IMG/VR virus record: IMGVR_UViG_3300037297_000135
Coordinates: 1-64,000 of that record
Direction: 5' to 3' (one strand)
Source of the DNA: a virus
Length of the DNA stretch: 64,000 nt
A program made the translations under genes and the position numbers. The notes under the pieces were generated by a model. The model did no database searches. It saw only the letters and a program-made list of their open reading frames with translations, and was not told where the DNA came from. Below, piece by piece: positions 8,836 to 19,619 of this stretch (its first letter is position 1; the number at the start of each line of letters is the position of its first letter).

Positions 8836-9696
8836 ATGTATAACAATCTTGATTTTTTTGCAAAAGTAAAAATACATTATTTGGAAAACTTTCCTGATGT
8901 TTTTCAATTGAATTTTAGAAGATTAAAATTATTATGTAATATATATGGATTTTTAAATAATAAGTCAAAGCAATTAAAAATTAATGAATATATATTTAGA
9001 AGTGTTGACATAGTAGAGTATTTTGGTTATAGTAACAATTATAAAATTTTAAAAGAAGATTTAAATATTTTATCAAGATTAAAAGTAAATAATAAAATAA
9101 TATTTAAACATATCATATTTCGTCCAAAATTAGGTCTAATTTCTTTTGGAATAAATTCTAAGTATAAAAATACCTTTTCAAGATTAAAGTCTAATTTCAT
9201 CATTTTTGAGCTTAAAAACATAATAAGGCTAAAATATGATTTTTCTATTATTTTATATTGTTTATTAAAACAATATGAACCAATAAAGTATAGAATTATA
9301 TATTTAGATGATTTATATAAGTTTGCTAATATTGATAAAGATACTAAAATTAGTAGATTTATAGAAAATAAATTAAAAATAAGAATTGAAGAAATTAATA
9401 AATATTCTGATATATACATAACATATCATACAATAAAAAGTAATAGATATATTATAGGTATATATTTTAATATATATAGAAATAAGTATAGAATTGAATT
9501 TGATGAACAATTAAAGCTTGTATACATGTATTTAAAAAAAAATTATAATATAAATACTAATTTGACAATATTAGAACATTTTATTAATGTTGATGGTTTT
9601 AATAAAGTATATAATAAAGCTATAACGTATAAAGTAAGTTCAAATAAAGATAATACAAAATTATTTTATCAACATTTACTAAAAGAACAATATTAA
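8836..9696 (+). CDS. Rep_3 (RepB-like) plasmid replication initiator
   Basis: FELKNIIRLKYDFSIILYCLLKQY, IYLDDL, IEEINKYSDIYITYHTIKSNRYIIGIYFNI resemble the Rep_3 winged-helix pattern; iterons are adjacent. Confidence 0.8.
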   Translation: MYNNLDFFAKVKIHYLENFPDVFQLNFRRLKLLCNIYGFLNNKSKQLKINEYIFRSVDIVEYFGYSNNYKILKEDLNILSRLKVNNKIIFKHIIFRPKLGLISFGINSKYKNTFSRLKSNFIIFELKNIIRLKYDFSIILYCLLKQYEPIKYRIIYLDDLYKFANIDKDTKISRFIENKLKIRIEEINKYSDIYITYHTIKSNRYIIGIYFNIYRNKYRIEFDEQLKLVYMYLKKNYNINTNLTILEHFINVDGFNKVYNKAITYKVSSNKDNTKLFYQHLLKEQY

Positions 9697-10028
9697 GTAG
9701 ACTTAACAAGTAAATATAAATATATACTGATTCCAATAAATTCAAATATTATATTATTGTTATTTATAGGTATTAATATATACATAATTCCTATTATAGC
9801 AATAATTAAAATTAATAAAATCAAACTAATGTTTCTAATATTGGTTTTAGTATGATGAAAATATAAAGTTAAAAATAATGCTTTTAATGGTAAAAATAAA
9901 AATATTAATATTATTGAATATTTTGGTAAAAAATAATTAATAGTGAAATAAGTATAATATCCCATAAAAATAAAAGATAATGTAATTATACTTAGTTGTT
10001 TTATATTTATTAGTATTTTAGAAATCAT
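9693..10028 (-). CDS. Membrane protein
   Basis: Four hydrophobic helices; RBS GGAGG. Confidence 0.6.
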   Translation of the reverse strand: MISKILINIKQLSIITLSFIFMGYYTYFTINYFLPKYSIILIFLFLPLKALFLTLYFHHTKTNIRNISLILLILIIAIIGIMYILIPINNNNIIFEFIGISIYLYLLVKST

Positions 10029-10124
10029 TTTAAACCTCCTAATATTTATAAAACATATATTATAACATAATATTTATAAATACAATATTGTTTTTATATT
10101 AAATTTATATTATAATTATTAAAG

Positions 10125-10601
10125 GTGATAAATATGAAATTTAAAAAAATTATAGGTATAATTGCAATAATAATAATTACTGTAATAGTTAACTTTAGTA
10201 TTTTTTTGATTTATTTAAATCCTAAAAATACTAATCTTGTATTTTCTCAAAAAAGAAATGTAAAAATAGACAAAAATTTTAAATATGATGAAATCAGTGT
10301 AGAGACTTTAGTAAACAAATATACTGAAAATGAAGAATATGGTAATCATGTATATAAAGATAAAATATATACTGTTTATGGTAAAATTAATTATATAGAA
10401 TCTGATGAAAATTATATTACAATTAATCTTTATTCAGATAAGTATTTATATATAAATGTTTCGTGTAATATTTTTAAAAAAGATATTAAAAAAAAAGATA
10501 ATATAATAAAATTAAAACAAAATGATAATATAAAAATAACAGGAATAATTAAAGGTAAATTTTATGATATAATAGTGGATAATTGTATAATAAGGGAGTA
10601 A
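10125..10601 (+). CDS. Membrane-anchored OB-fold protein (tRNA_anti-like)
   Basis: TM helix, then ISVETLVNKYTENE...YKDKIYTVYGKI...IKITGIIKG. Confidence 0.6.
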   Translation: MINMKFKKIIGIIAIIIITVIVNFSIFLIYLNPKNTNLVFSQKRNVKIDKNFKYDEISVETLVNKYTENEEYGNHVYKDKIYTVYGKINYIESDENYITINLYSDKYLYINVSCNIFKKDIKKKDNIIKLKQNDNIKITGIIKGKFYDIIVDNCIIRE

Positions 10602-10605
10602 TGAA

Positions 10606-12807
10606 TTGATGTTAAAGATGATTGTTGTGCCTAATCGATTAGTTTTTAAGAGTAAAGAAAATGATTTCAAAATATATAAAGTTAATATAATAGATGAAAA
10701 CAGCAATATACTTTCAATTGATGAAACAATATTAGGTGAAGTATATGATTTAATTATAGATGTAGAATATATAATTGAAGCTGAAAAAGAAGTAAACAAT
10801 ATTTTTGGTACTCAATATAGGATTAAAAATGTTTATAAAGTTGATTATTCAAAGAAAGATGAAGAATTATTGTTTGCTAATTTATTTGGGAAAAGGTTAT
10901 TAAACAAGGTTATAAGGTTTATAGAATATCCTATAACTGATTTTTTAAAAAAAGATTTTGAATTTGATAAAATTGGAATTAGTGAAAAAAGTTATAAAGA
11001 TATGAAAATAAAAATAATAGCAAACAAAATATATATTGATTCGATTTGTAAGTTTAAAGAAATCAATATATCTTTTAAATTGGCTAAAAAGATAATAGAT
11101 AAATATGGGTATAATGCAGTTGAGAAGGTAAAAAAGAATCCATATATACTTTATAAAGATATAAATGGAATTGGTTTTATAAAAGCAGACCAAATAGCAA
11201 GAAATTTAGGGATAAAAGGAAATGATAAAAATAGAATAGATGCTGCTATTCATTATGTTTTAGAAGATAATTTAAATCAAAGTAATACATGGATTTATAT
11301 AGATTATTTATATAATGAATTAGAAAAACTGCTTGAAATCACAATTGATGATTTAGACAATTATATTTACAAAAATGAATTTTATTTAAATGGAGATAAA
11401 ATATCATTACGAAAGATTGTTTTAATAGAAAAAGGAATTATAGATAATTTAAATAAAATAAAAAATTCTTTTTGTAGAAAGCTTTATAAAGATGAAGAAC
11501 TTGAATTTGGGATAAAAAACAATGTTGAATTTAAATATTCTGAAAAACAAATTGAATTTATAAAAAGTTTAAATACAAATAACTTGGTTTTATTATGTGG
11601 TTATGCTGGAACTGGTAAAACTGCATCTGTTAAAGCTGTTTTAGATATTTATTCAAGTGAATTTTATAATATAAAACTTTGTAGTCCAACTGCAAAAGCA
11701 GCAAAAGTTTTATCTGAATCAACAGGTAAAAAAGCTTTAACAATTCATAGATTGTTAGGGTGTAAGGGTAAAGGTAAATTTTTTTATAACAGAACTAATA
11801 AATTGCCATGTGATTTATTGATTATAGATGAAGCATCTATGATAGATATATATATGTTTAATCATATATTAAATGCTGTTGATAATGATTGTAGAGTTAT
11901 TATTATAGGAGATATTGCGCAATTAGAGAGTGTTCAATGTGGTAATGTATTCTATGATTTAATAAAATCAAGAGAATACAATATGGTGATATATAAAGAA
12001 GTATATAGGCAAGCAAAAGAATCAGGTATATTAACTATTGCTAATGAAGTTCGTAAAGGTAATAGTTATTATTTCAAAGAGCTTTTAAAAACAAAAAATC
12101 ATTTTGAAACAAATGAAGAAGGAAATGTAATTGGTTTTATAAATATAAAAGATAATTTCAATTTATTTTTGAATGATAAACAAAATATGATGAATAAATT
12201 ATTAGGGAATTATAAACAAAGTATTGAAAAATATGGTGTTGAAAATGTTTTAGTGATATCACCGTATAAAAAAGGTGATTTAGGAGTAAGAAATATAAAT
12301 GAAAGTATAAAAAAAATAGTAAATAATAAAGATGGTATTGAAATTAAAGGAGTTCTTTTTTCAATTGGCGATAAAGTAAAACATATAAAAAATGACTATG
12401 AAAGAGAACAATACGATAAAAAAAATTATGATATAACATTGAATGAATATGGTGTTTTCAATGGTGATTTTGGTATAATAGTTGATATTCAAGATGAAAT
12501 AATATTTGTAGATTATGAAGATAAAATCATAAAATATGAATACCCATACAATGATTTAGAATTGGCATATGCTATAACATGTCATAGTTCACAGGGTTCA
12601 CAAGCTGATTTAGTTATTGGGATTATGGATATTTCGCATTATATTAATTTAAAAAGAAATTTGTTATATACAATGATAACAAGAGCTAAAAAGAATTTTA
12701 TATTGATTGTGAATTCAAAAGCATTGTTTATTGCAATTAATAATAATACAAGCATAAAAAAACAAACTTATATAAACGATATAATAAATAATAAATTAAT
12801 AATATGA
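10606..12807 (+). CDS. recD2: RecD2-like SF1B DNA helicase
   Basis: HhH NPY.L...INGIGFIKAD, Walker A GYAGTGKT, SPTAKAA, TIHRLL, DEASM, GDIAQL, YRQ, AYAITCHSSQGS, YTMITRAK. Confidence 0.92.
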   Translation: MMLKMIVVPNRLVFKSKENDFKIYKVNIIDENSNILSIDETILGEVYDLIIDVEYIIEAEKEVNNIFGTQYRIKNVYKVDYSKKDEELLFANLFGKRLLNKVIRFIEYPITDFLKKDFEFDKIGISEKSYKDMKIKIIANKIYIDSICKFKEINISFKLAKKIIDKYGYNAVEKVKKNPYILYKDINGIGFIKADQIARNLGIKGNDKNRIDAAIHYVLEDNLNQSNTWIYIDYLYNELEKLLEITIDDLDNYIYKNEFYLNGDKISLRKIVLIEKGIIDNLNKIKNSFCRKLYKDEELEFGIKNNVEFKYSEKQIEFIKSLNTNNLVLLCGYAGTGKTASVKAVLDIYSSEFYNIKLCSPTAKAAKVLSESTGKKALTIHRLLGCKGKGKFFYNRTNKLPCDLLIIDEASMIDIYMFNHILNAVDNDCRVIIIGDIAQLESVQCGNVFYDLIKSREYNMVIYKEVYRQAKESGILTIANEVRKGNSYYFKELLKTKNHFETNEEGNVIGFINIKDNFNLFLNDKQNMMNKLLGNYKQSIEKYGVENVLVISPYKKGDLGVRNINESIKKIVNNKDGIEIKGVLFSIGDKVKHIKNDYEREQYDKKNYDITLNEYGVFNGDFGIIVDIQDEIIFVDYEDKIIKYEYPYNDLELAYAITCHSSQGSQADLVIGIMDISHYINLKRNLLYTMITRAKKNFILIVNSKALFIAINNNTSIKKQTYINDIINNKLII

Positions 12808-12816
12808 GGTGTAAAA

Positions 12817-13314
12817 ATGAGTGATATAAATAAAGAAGATATGAAAAAAGTGATTGAGAGTTTAGTTAATGCATTTAAACAAGAAAAACAAACGGAATTA
12901 AAAGATATAATTGATATTTTTAAAAATTTAAATATAAAACCTAAAAATTTTTATTTGTTTTTTATGTTTAATTTAAGAACAGCTATTGAAAGTGTATATG
13001 GCAAAAATAATGTTGATATAATTTTGTATTATAATATTTTTGAATGCAATATTGAAAATGTAATTTCAACTATTGAAGGAACTTGTTGTTGTGCTGATAA
13101 AGCAAATTATTTGATTTCTAAATATTTTGAATGGAAGAATAAAAATGAAATAATTGATTTTTCAACAAAAAAGAAAGAAGAATTTTGGATTCCAAATAAT
13201 GGTACATTTTTTGAATGGATGGATTTTATAGATTCAATAAAAGGATTGATATATGGAAATTTTGAAAAATATATGGAATGTTTAAAAACATTGTTGATTT
13301 ATAGTTTGAAATAA
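12817..13314 (+). CDS. Hypothetical protein
   Basis: ORF with RBS GAGGTG. Confidence 0.6.
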   Translation: MSDINKEDMKKVIESLVNAFKQEKQTELKDIIDIFKNLNIKPKNFYLFFMFNLRTAIESVYGKNNVDIILYYNIFECNIENVISTIEGTCCCADKANYLISKYFEWKNKNEIIDFSTKKKEEFWIPNNGTFFEWMDFIDSIKGLIYGNFEKYMECLKTLLIYSLK

Positions 13315-13498
13315 TATAATATATATACGTCGAATCATTTGTTTGTGTTTTTCAATGTTTAACTAAGTTGAATTTGAGCAAAAAAGGTTTATGATGTAGC
13401 ATAATCCTTTTTTGTTTGTAATAGAATGTATATATTTGACATATTTGAAAAAATATATTATAATTAAAATATATTTTACAAATAGGGAATGATTTTAC

Positions 13499-14467
13499 AT
13501 GTACAACAATATAGAGAAAATGTTATCTGAATTAGATTTTTCAAATCGTGATTTAGATTATCGGTTGAATATTTTAAATAATATTTTGTATGATGAATAC
13601 GGAGTTTTAAACAATGAATTGACAATATATTTAGATAATATAAATGTAAATTTAAATAAAAGTGATTTTTTAGTTTCAAATAATAAAATTGTTAAAATGT
13701 TAGAAAAAATGGCTGATTATTTATTGCATGTATATAAAAAAAAAGATGATGATAAAACATATAAGATTTATAAATATACAGAATTAATAAAAAAAGCAAC
13801 TGCTGAAAGAAAAAGCATAGGTATAATAATTAAAGATTTATATTTTAATTATGCTAGTAAAGATAAAAATGAAATTATTTATATTGAGTATAAAAAAAAT
13901 TGTTTAAAAGTAAAAAAACAAAAAATAACAAAAAAAGATTTTCAAACAATCCCAATTTTAAAAGATTATGAATATTTAAAAGAAAAGATAAAAGATGAAT
14001 TAAGCTTTTTAGATTCTCAAAATTTAAAAAATAAAAAAAGAAAAACGATTTTAAGAGCAATGTATGGTGAAATAGTAACAGACCAATTGTTAGTTAAAGA
14101 TTCAGTTTTAGGAACAATATATTTTAAAAATTCAAATAATATAAATATAAAAGATAATGATTATGTGCCTTTTAATTTTAATGATAGAAATAATATTTTA
14201 GAACTTTTAAGATGTAAAGAAGATTTAACAACTAGTATTGGTTGCATTGTATATGATTTAAATAATTTAATAAAAAAAATAAAATGGAGTAGTTTAGAAA
14301 AAACTATAATTCAAATGTATAAAGATGAAAAAAAAGTAATAGAGATTTCATATGAATTAGGATTAAAATATCATGAAGTAAGAAAATATATAAATAATAT
14401 ATATAAAAAAATAATTAAAAAATATAACATGCATTATAAAGCCTGGGTAAATAAAAAATATATATAG
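13499..14467 (+). CDS. Hypothetical protein with C-terminal sigma-region-4-like HTH
   Basis: C-terminal WSSLEKTIIQMY...IEISYELGLKYHEVRKYINNIYKKI. Confidence 0.45.
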   Translation: MYNNIEKMLSELDFSNRDLDYRLNILNNILYDEYGVLNNELTIYLDNINVNLNKSDFLVSNNKIVKMLEKMADYLLHVYKKKDDDKTYKIYKYTELIKKATAERKSIGIIIKDLYFNYASKDKNEIIYIEYKKNCLKVKKQKITKKDFQTIPILKDYEYLKEKIKDELSFLDSQNLKNKKRKTILRAMYGEIVTDQLLVKDSVLGTIYFKNSNNINIKDNDYVPFNFNDRNNILELLRCKEDLTTSIGCIVYDLNNLIKKIKWSSLEKTIIQMYKDEKKVIEISYELGLKYHEVRKYINNIYKKIIKKYNMHYKAWVNKKYI

Positions 14468-14603
14468 ATATTTACAAATGATGTAATAATATGTAATTAT
14501 AAATGACTATTATATTTTTTTAATTTTGAAATGTAAAAAAATATAAAATATGTATAAAATATACTTGACTTTATACATTATACTTTTTGAAAGGGGTGTA
14601 ATT

Positions 14604-14810
14604 ATGGCAAATTTAGTTAAATTAGATACGAAAGCTAGTGTTAATGGGTTGTTAGTGTCAATTGATGATAATGGTGATATGGTTGTTGCTGGAAAAGATG
14701 AATCAGAAACAGTAAATGTTATAAAGATAATAAAGATGTTTTTGAATCATGAAATCAAGTTATCAATTTCAAAGTCTGAAAAAGGTGATTTTGATGAAGA
14801 AAAACAATAA
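14604..14810 (+). CDS. Small phage protein, possibly YonK-like
   Basis: Size, beta-rich pattern and position ahead of the packaging genes; RBS AGGGG. Confidence 0.35.
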   Translation: MANLVKLDTKASVNGLLVSIDDNGDMVVAGKDESETVNVIKIIKMFLNHEIKLSISKSEKGDFDEEKQ

Positions 14811-15030
14811 TAAAATATATTTAGCTGTTGATAATAGCAATATGAAAAATGGAAAGATTATAAATTTTGAAGATATAGAAAAGATAAAAAACAGAATAAG
14901 TAAAAAAGTAAAAAGAATAAAAAAAGTAACAGATAAAAATGATGAAGTTGTTGAAATTTTAGTAAGTGAATTAAAAGAGATATTATGTGAAGAATGTTTT
15001 TTTAATTTAATAAGTTATTTAAAAGAATAG
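14794..15030 (+). CDS. Hypothetical protein
   Basis: ORF with RBS AAGGTG. Confidence 0.45.
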   Translation: MKKNNNKIYLAVDNSNMKNGKIINFEDIEKIKNRISKKVKRIKKVTDKNDEVVEILVSELKEILCEECFFNLISYLKE

Positions 15031-15042
15031 GGGAATGTAATT

Positions 15043-15447
15043 ATGGGATTAGATTATTTATTTATTTATGAAGATGAAAAAGATATAGGTTTATTAGTTG
15101 GATATTTAAGAAAAAGATATTTTGATGATATTTTTGTTTGTAAAAATCAAATACAAGTTTCAAATATACAATTTCTTTTAAGACCTAAAAAAGGTATTTG
15201 TGAAAATGTAAGAGGTATAAGAGTTGATGGTATATTTACATCATTTGATGCAAATGAAATTAATATAGAACAAAGGAATACATTATTGTATCCATTGCTT
15301 AAAACAGATAGTATTTTTATAAACAATGATTTATATTATATAAATGATATTTCAGATGAAATAGGAAAAGAAAAAGCACAAATGACTTATACGATGTTAA
15401 ATACAACATTATTTTTAGGTGGAACATTGTTAGGTACATGTGTATAA
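15043..15447 (+). CDS. Hypothetical protein
   Basis: ORF with RBS GGGG. Confidence 0.55.
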   Translation: MGLDYLFIYEDEKDIGLLVGYLRKRYFDDIFVCKNQIQVSNIQFLLRPKKGICENVRGIRVDGIFTSFDANEINIEQRNTLLYPLLKTDSIFINNDLYYINDISDEIGKEKAQMTYTMLNTTLFLGGTLLGTCV

Positions 15448-15455
15448 ATACAAAA

Positions 15456-15527
15456 TGGGATGTGGTCAAGTAGGTAAGACATCAGACTTTGAATCTGGTA
15501 TCATAGGTTCGACTCCTATCATCCCAG
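15456..15527 (+). tRNA. tRNA-Gln(TTG)
   Basis: Acceptor TGGGATG/CATCCCA; anticodon arm TCAGA-CTTTGAA-TCTGG; T arm ATAGG-TTCGACT-CCTAT. Confidence 0.92.
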
Positions 15528-15554
15528 TAAAAATGATTTTAATAGGGTGATAGT

Positions 15555-16388
15555 ATGGCAGATATAGTTAAGAAATGTGTTAAATGTGGTCAAAAAAAAG
15601 TTTTAAATGATTTTTATTCAAATAGTAAATGGAGAGAAGAATTTTATAGAGATAGATGGTGCAAAAAATGTGCTAGGATTCTAGTGATTGATGAAAATGT
15701 ATTAAAAGAATATTTTGATGATAATAGAAGAATTTACCCCAATAATTATTGGGGTAAAATTTATGAAAAAGCAAAAAAAAGTGTATCTAAAGATTTACCT
15801 GCTTTGCAAGGAAAAGAAAAGATGGATAAGATTTTAAAAACAACTAGAAATAATTGTTTTAGTTTGATGAATTTTAGAGCATATTATAAATTTATAGAAA
15901 CAGAATTAAAAGATGAAGATAAGGTTGTAGCTGAAGTAAGACAAGATGAAAGAATGAAATCATATAATAAAAAATGGCATGGATATTATACAAAAGAAGA
16001 TATAGATTATCTTGAAAAATATTATGAAGGATTAGATAATGATTTTAGGTTAAGTAATCATAGTTATAGGGATTATGCTAAAAAAGTTTGTAAAGCTAGT
16101 TTAGCAATGGATAAATTTTTTGCAGATATGCAAAGTGGTGTTGAAGGTGCAGAAAAAAAATATAAAGAATTAAAAGCTATTTTTGATACATTAAGTCAAA
16201 GTGCTAAGTTCGCTGAAAAATCAAGGTCAACAAATGATGTTGTTGGATATGGTAGTTTTGGAGAATTAACAAAAGCACTTGAAGATGATGGATTTTTAAC
16301 CAAACCTGTAAGATTTTCTGATGATGATATAGATTTAATAATAGATGAATTTAGATGGATAATTTCTGCTGTAGGTGAAAAATTCTAA
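15555..16388 (+). CDS. Zn-finger protein, putative terminase small subunit
   Basis: CxxC...CxxC at the N-terminus; stop overlaps the terminase large subunit start. Confidence 0.45.
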   Translation: MADIVKKCVKCGQKKVLNDFYSNSKWREEFYRDRWCKKCARILVIDENVLKEYFDDNRRIYPNNYWGKIYEKAKKSVSKDLPALQGKEKMDKILKTTRNNCFSLMNFRAYYKFIETELKDEDKVVAEVRQDERMKSYNKKWHGYYTKEDIDYLEKYYEGLDNDFRLSNHSYRDYAKKVCKASLAMDKFFADMQSGVEGAEKKYKELKAIFDTLSQSAKFAEKSRSTNDVVGYGSFGELTKALEDDGFLTKPVRFSDDDIDLIIDEFRWIISAVGEKF

Positions 16389-18115
16389 TGGGAACATATC
16401 AAAATTTTTCACGAAAAAAGCAAGCTGAACAACAGGGGTTTATTCATCCATCATTACCAGAAAGTAACATTGTTTCAAATAAATGTAGAATAAAAAATGT
16501 ACAAGAATGGGTTCAACAGATTTGGTATTATAGAAAACATTTAGATATATTTGTAGAAGATTTTTTTTCAACTGAAGACCATCCAATAAAATTATATCCA
16601 TTTCAAAAAGTAATAATTCGTCAAATAGGAAATTGTCAATTTATAGATGATGTTGAAAGTCGTGGTTTAGGTAAAACATTTAAAGCTGCATTAGCTTTAT
16701 TTGGTTTAGGTGTGCTTTATCCAAAATCAGAAATTTTAGTTGTTTCAAAAACTGCAAGACAAGCTATATTAACAATAAAATATATAAAAAGTATTGCTGA
16801 AAAAAATACAAATGTTTCAAGAGAATTAAAGAGCATAAAGATTTCAAAAGATGAAGGAACTGTTGTTTTAAGAAATGGTACAGAAATTAAGGCAGTAGCA
16901 ATGAATAGTGATGGTAGTAATATTCGTGGTTTAAGAAAAAAGATAATATATATAGATGAATCTGCTTGGGTTTCAACAGAGATTGTTTTAACTGTTTTGA
17001 TGCCAATGTTGGAATTAAAAAGAGATGTATATTGGAAATTAAAAGACCAGGGTTTTAAAGATTTTCCATCAAAGTTTATTCAAACAAGTTCGGCATATTT
17101 AAAAAGTTGTGAATATTTTGAACGATTTAAGAAAAATCTTTCAGATATGAAAAAAGATGATAATAAATTCGTTTGTGCTATACCTTATACTGTTGGAGTA
17201 AAATATGGGATTTTGACAGAAGAATTTATTTTAGCACAAAAAAGCCAAATGCCAATTAATTCATTTGAAATGGAATGGAATGCTAGGTTTATTGGTTCTG
17301 CTGATGGTGCATGTTTTCCATATGATTTAACGGAACCATGTAGGGTGTTGGATAAAGTTGAATTAGTTCAACCAAGACATTCAAAAACAAAATATATTTT
17401 ATCTTTTGATATTGCAACTTCAAGTAAAGAAACTGCTGACAATGCATGTATTTGTTTGTTAAAGATTGTGGCGAATGAAAATGGAACATATAAAAAGTTT
17501 TTAGTAAATATAAAAACATATCATGGATTTAAGCTTGAACAATTAACTGAGGAATTAAGAATTTTCTGTATAAGATTTCCGAATATAGACAAAATAATAA
17601 TTGATATAAATGCTTTAGGTGAAGGTATGATTTCGTTGTTAAACGTGCCTTTTGTTTCTGATGAAAACAAAGAATATCCACCTTTATTGCCTGATGATTC
17701 AGAACATACATTAAAAGGAAGTAAGATTATAAGGTGTGTTCGTGCGGATAACAAATACAATAATAGGATGGCAACTGCAACAAGAATGTATCTTGAAAAC
17801 AAATCTTTAAAAATGCCTTTAACAAGTGCCAATTTAAGAAGAGATTTTGAAAATGAAGAAAATAAAAAAATGACAAAAGAAAAATTGGCTATTTTTATAG
17901 AAACAGATGCTTTGCAATATGAAATGGGAAATATTGTATCACGTATAACTCATAGTGGAAATATTATTTATGAAACTTCGAATGCATCAATGTTAAAGGA
18001 TAGATACACATCACTAGGCATGGCATTAGAATACATAATGGAATTAGAAAATTTAAATAAAAAAGAAAAAAACAAAGGAAATGAAATTTGTTTTGGTGGT
18101 GCATATAGGATGTAG
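16388..18115 (+). CDS. Terminase large subunit
   Basis: Walker A SRGLGKT, IRGLR, Walker B IYIDES; C-terminal nuclease FDIA, IIIDINALG, KDRYTS. Confidence 0.9.
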   Translation: MGTYQNFSRKKQAEQQGFIHPSLPESNIVSNKCRIKNVQEWVQQIWYYRKHLDIFVEDFFSTEDHPIKLYPFQKVIIRQIGNCQFIDDVESRGLGKTFKAALALFGLGVLYPKSEILVVSKTARQAILTIKYIKSIAEKNTNVSRELKSIKISKDEGTVVLRNGTEIKAVAMNSDGSNIRGLRKKIIYIDESAWVSTEIVLTVLMPMLELKRDVYWKLKDQGFKDFPSKFIQTSSAYLKSCEYFERFKKNLSDMKKDDNKFVCAIPYTVGVKYGILTEEFILAQKSQMPINSFEMEWNARFIGSADGACFPYDLTEPCRVLDKVELVQPRHSKTKYILSFDIATSSKETADNACICLLKIVANENGTYKKFLVNIKTYHGFKLEQLTEELRIFCIRFPNIDKIIIDINALGEGMISLLNVPFVSDENKEYPPLLPDDSEHTLKGSKIIRCVRADNKYNNRMATATRMYLENKSLKMPLTSANLRRDFENEENKKMTKEKLAIFIETDALQYEMGNIVSRITHSGNIIYETSNASMLKDRYTSLGMALEYIMELENLNKKEKNKGNEICFGGAYRM

Positions 18116-18126
18116 GAGGTGAGGAA

Positions 18127-19608
18127 TTGGAAAAGTTGAACAACAAAGATATTGAATTTGAATGTATGGGAGCAAATTATAAAGACCCAAAGGATTATTT
18201 TTTTTCATATGAAAATAAAGATTTTTCATATAAAGGCGAATTAAAAAATTATAATTATGCTAATTTGTTAAAACAAAAGCAAGCTAATATCTATAAATTT
18301 ATGGAATTAGCTTCTTATTATGTAGATGCTGATGATATTTTTAGTGGGTTAATAAAAAGAGTTTTAACCCCATTTTCAATGACATCAGGATATACATTAA
18401 GTGGTGGAGAAAGAATTATAAAAAAATATAAAGATTTTCATGCTGCTACTGGATTTAAAGATGTTTTAAGATGTATATTTTTTGAATTATATACATTTGG
18501 AAATTGTTATATTTACATTATGGATGATGGACATTTAATTACTTTACCACCTCACCGTATAAAAATTTCAGATTTAATGAAAAAAGGCGAACCAATATTA
18601 GAATTTAACATTATGGAATTAAATAACATTAAATCAAATGTTGTTGAAGAAAGTTTTATAAAAACATTAGAGAAAAAATACGAAGGATATCCAAGAGAAA
18701 TAAAAGAGTCTTTAAAAAGAAATGCTAGTGCATGGGTTCAATTGAATCCAGATAGAACATTAGTAGTTCAAGAATCAAAACCAATGTGGGAAAAATATGC
18801 TATTCCTTTTATAAGTACTTGTTTAAAACCTTTAGCTAAAAAAGAATTAATTTCATATTATGAAGATACTTTATTAAATATGGGAGCAAAAGGATTTTTG
18901 CATGTAAAAGTTGGAGATAAAGATATTTTACCTGCACCAAATGGAAATCAATTAAATGAAGTTGTAAGTATTTTTAAAAGAGCATTAAACAAATATCCTT
19001 TGGCAGTTACAAATTGGTTGACAGATGCAAAATTTATTACTATGGAACAAGAAGATTTATTTGATAATTCAAAATATTCAGAAGTTAACAAACAAATCCT
19101 TAGTGCTGGAGGGATTTCGACAGTTATAGTTACAGGAGATTCTAGTAATGATAGTTTTGCAAGTGTTAATATGAGCATTGAAACTGCTGCTAAAAGAATT
19201 GGTCAAAATCAAGATAATGTTGCTGAAGCAATAAATAAATATCATTATAGGTTAAATAATTTATGGAATGGTGTAATAAAAAATATTCCAGAATTTAAAT
19301 TTAATAATTTAAATTTAACTAATAGTAATGAGTTAAAAAGTGAAGCTTTTACATTATGGCAATCTGGTAGTTTAAGTAGAAAAACTATGCTTGAAAAACA
19401 TGATTATAATTATGACCAAGAAAAAGAAAGGAAAGAAAAGGAAAAAGATGATGAAAAAGTTTTTACTATTCCAGTTAATCCCCACACAAGTAGTGGAGAT
19501 AATAACAATGATGATAGTACTGGTAGGCCAACTAAAAACACTAAAGATTTAAAAAGGGATAAAAACCAGAGTGATACTGGTAAACAACCTAAACCTTCTA
19601 ACAAATAG
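18127..19608 (+). CDS. Portal protein
   Basis: Position after TerL, 493 aa, ELYTFGNCYIY, low-complexity tail. Confidence 0.75.
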   Translation: MEKLNNKDIEFECMGANYKDPKDYFFSYENKDFSYKGELKNYNYANLLKQKQANIYKFMELASYYVDADDIFSGLIKRVLTPFSMTSGYTLSGGERIIKKYKDFHAATGFKDVLRCIFFELYTFGNCYIYIMDDGHLITLPPHRIKISDLMKKGEPILEFNIMELNNIKSNVVEESFIKTLEKKYEGYPREIKESLKRNASAWVQLNPDRTLVVQESKPMWEKYAIPFISTCLKPLAKKELISYYEDTLLNMGAKGFLHVKVGDKDILPAPNGNQLNEVVSIFKRALNKYPLAVTNWLTDAKFITMEQEDLFDNSKYSEVNKQILSAGGISTVIVTGDSSNDSFASVNMSIETAAKRIGQNQDNVAEAINKYHYRLNNLWNGVIKNIPEFKFNNLNLTNSNELKSEAFTLWQSGSLSRKTMLEKHDYNYDQEKERKEKEKDDEKVFTIPVNPHTSSGDNNNDDSTGRPTKNTKDLKRDKNQSDTGKQPKPSNK

Positions 19609-19619
19609 GGGGTGGATAT

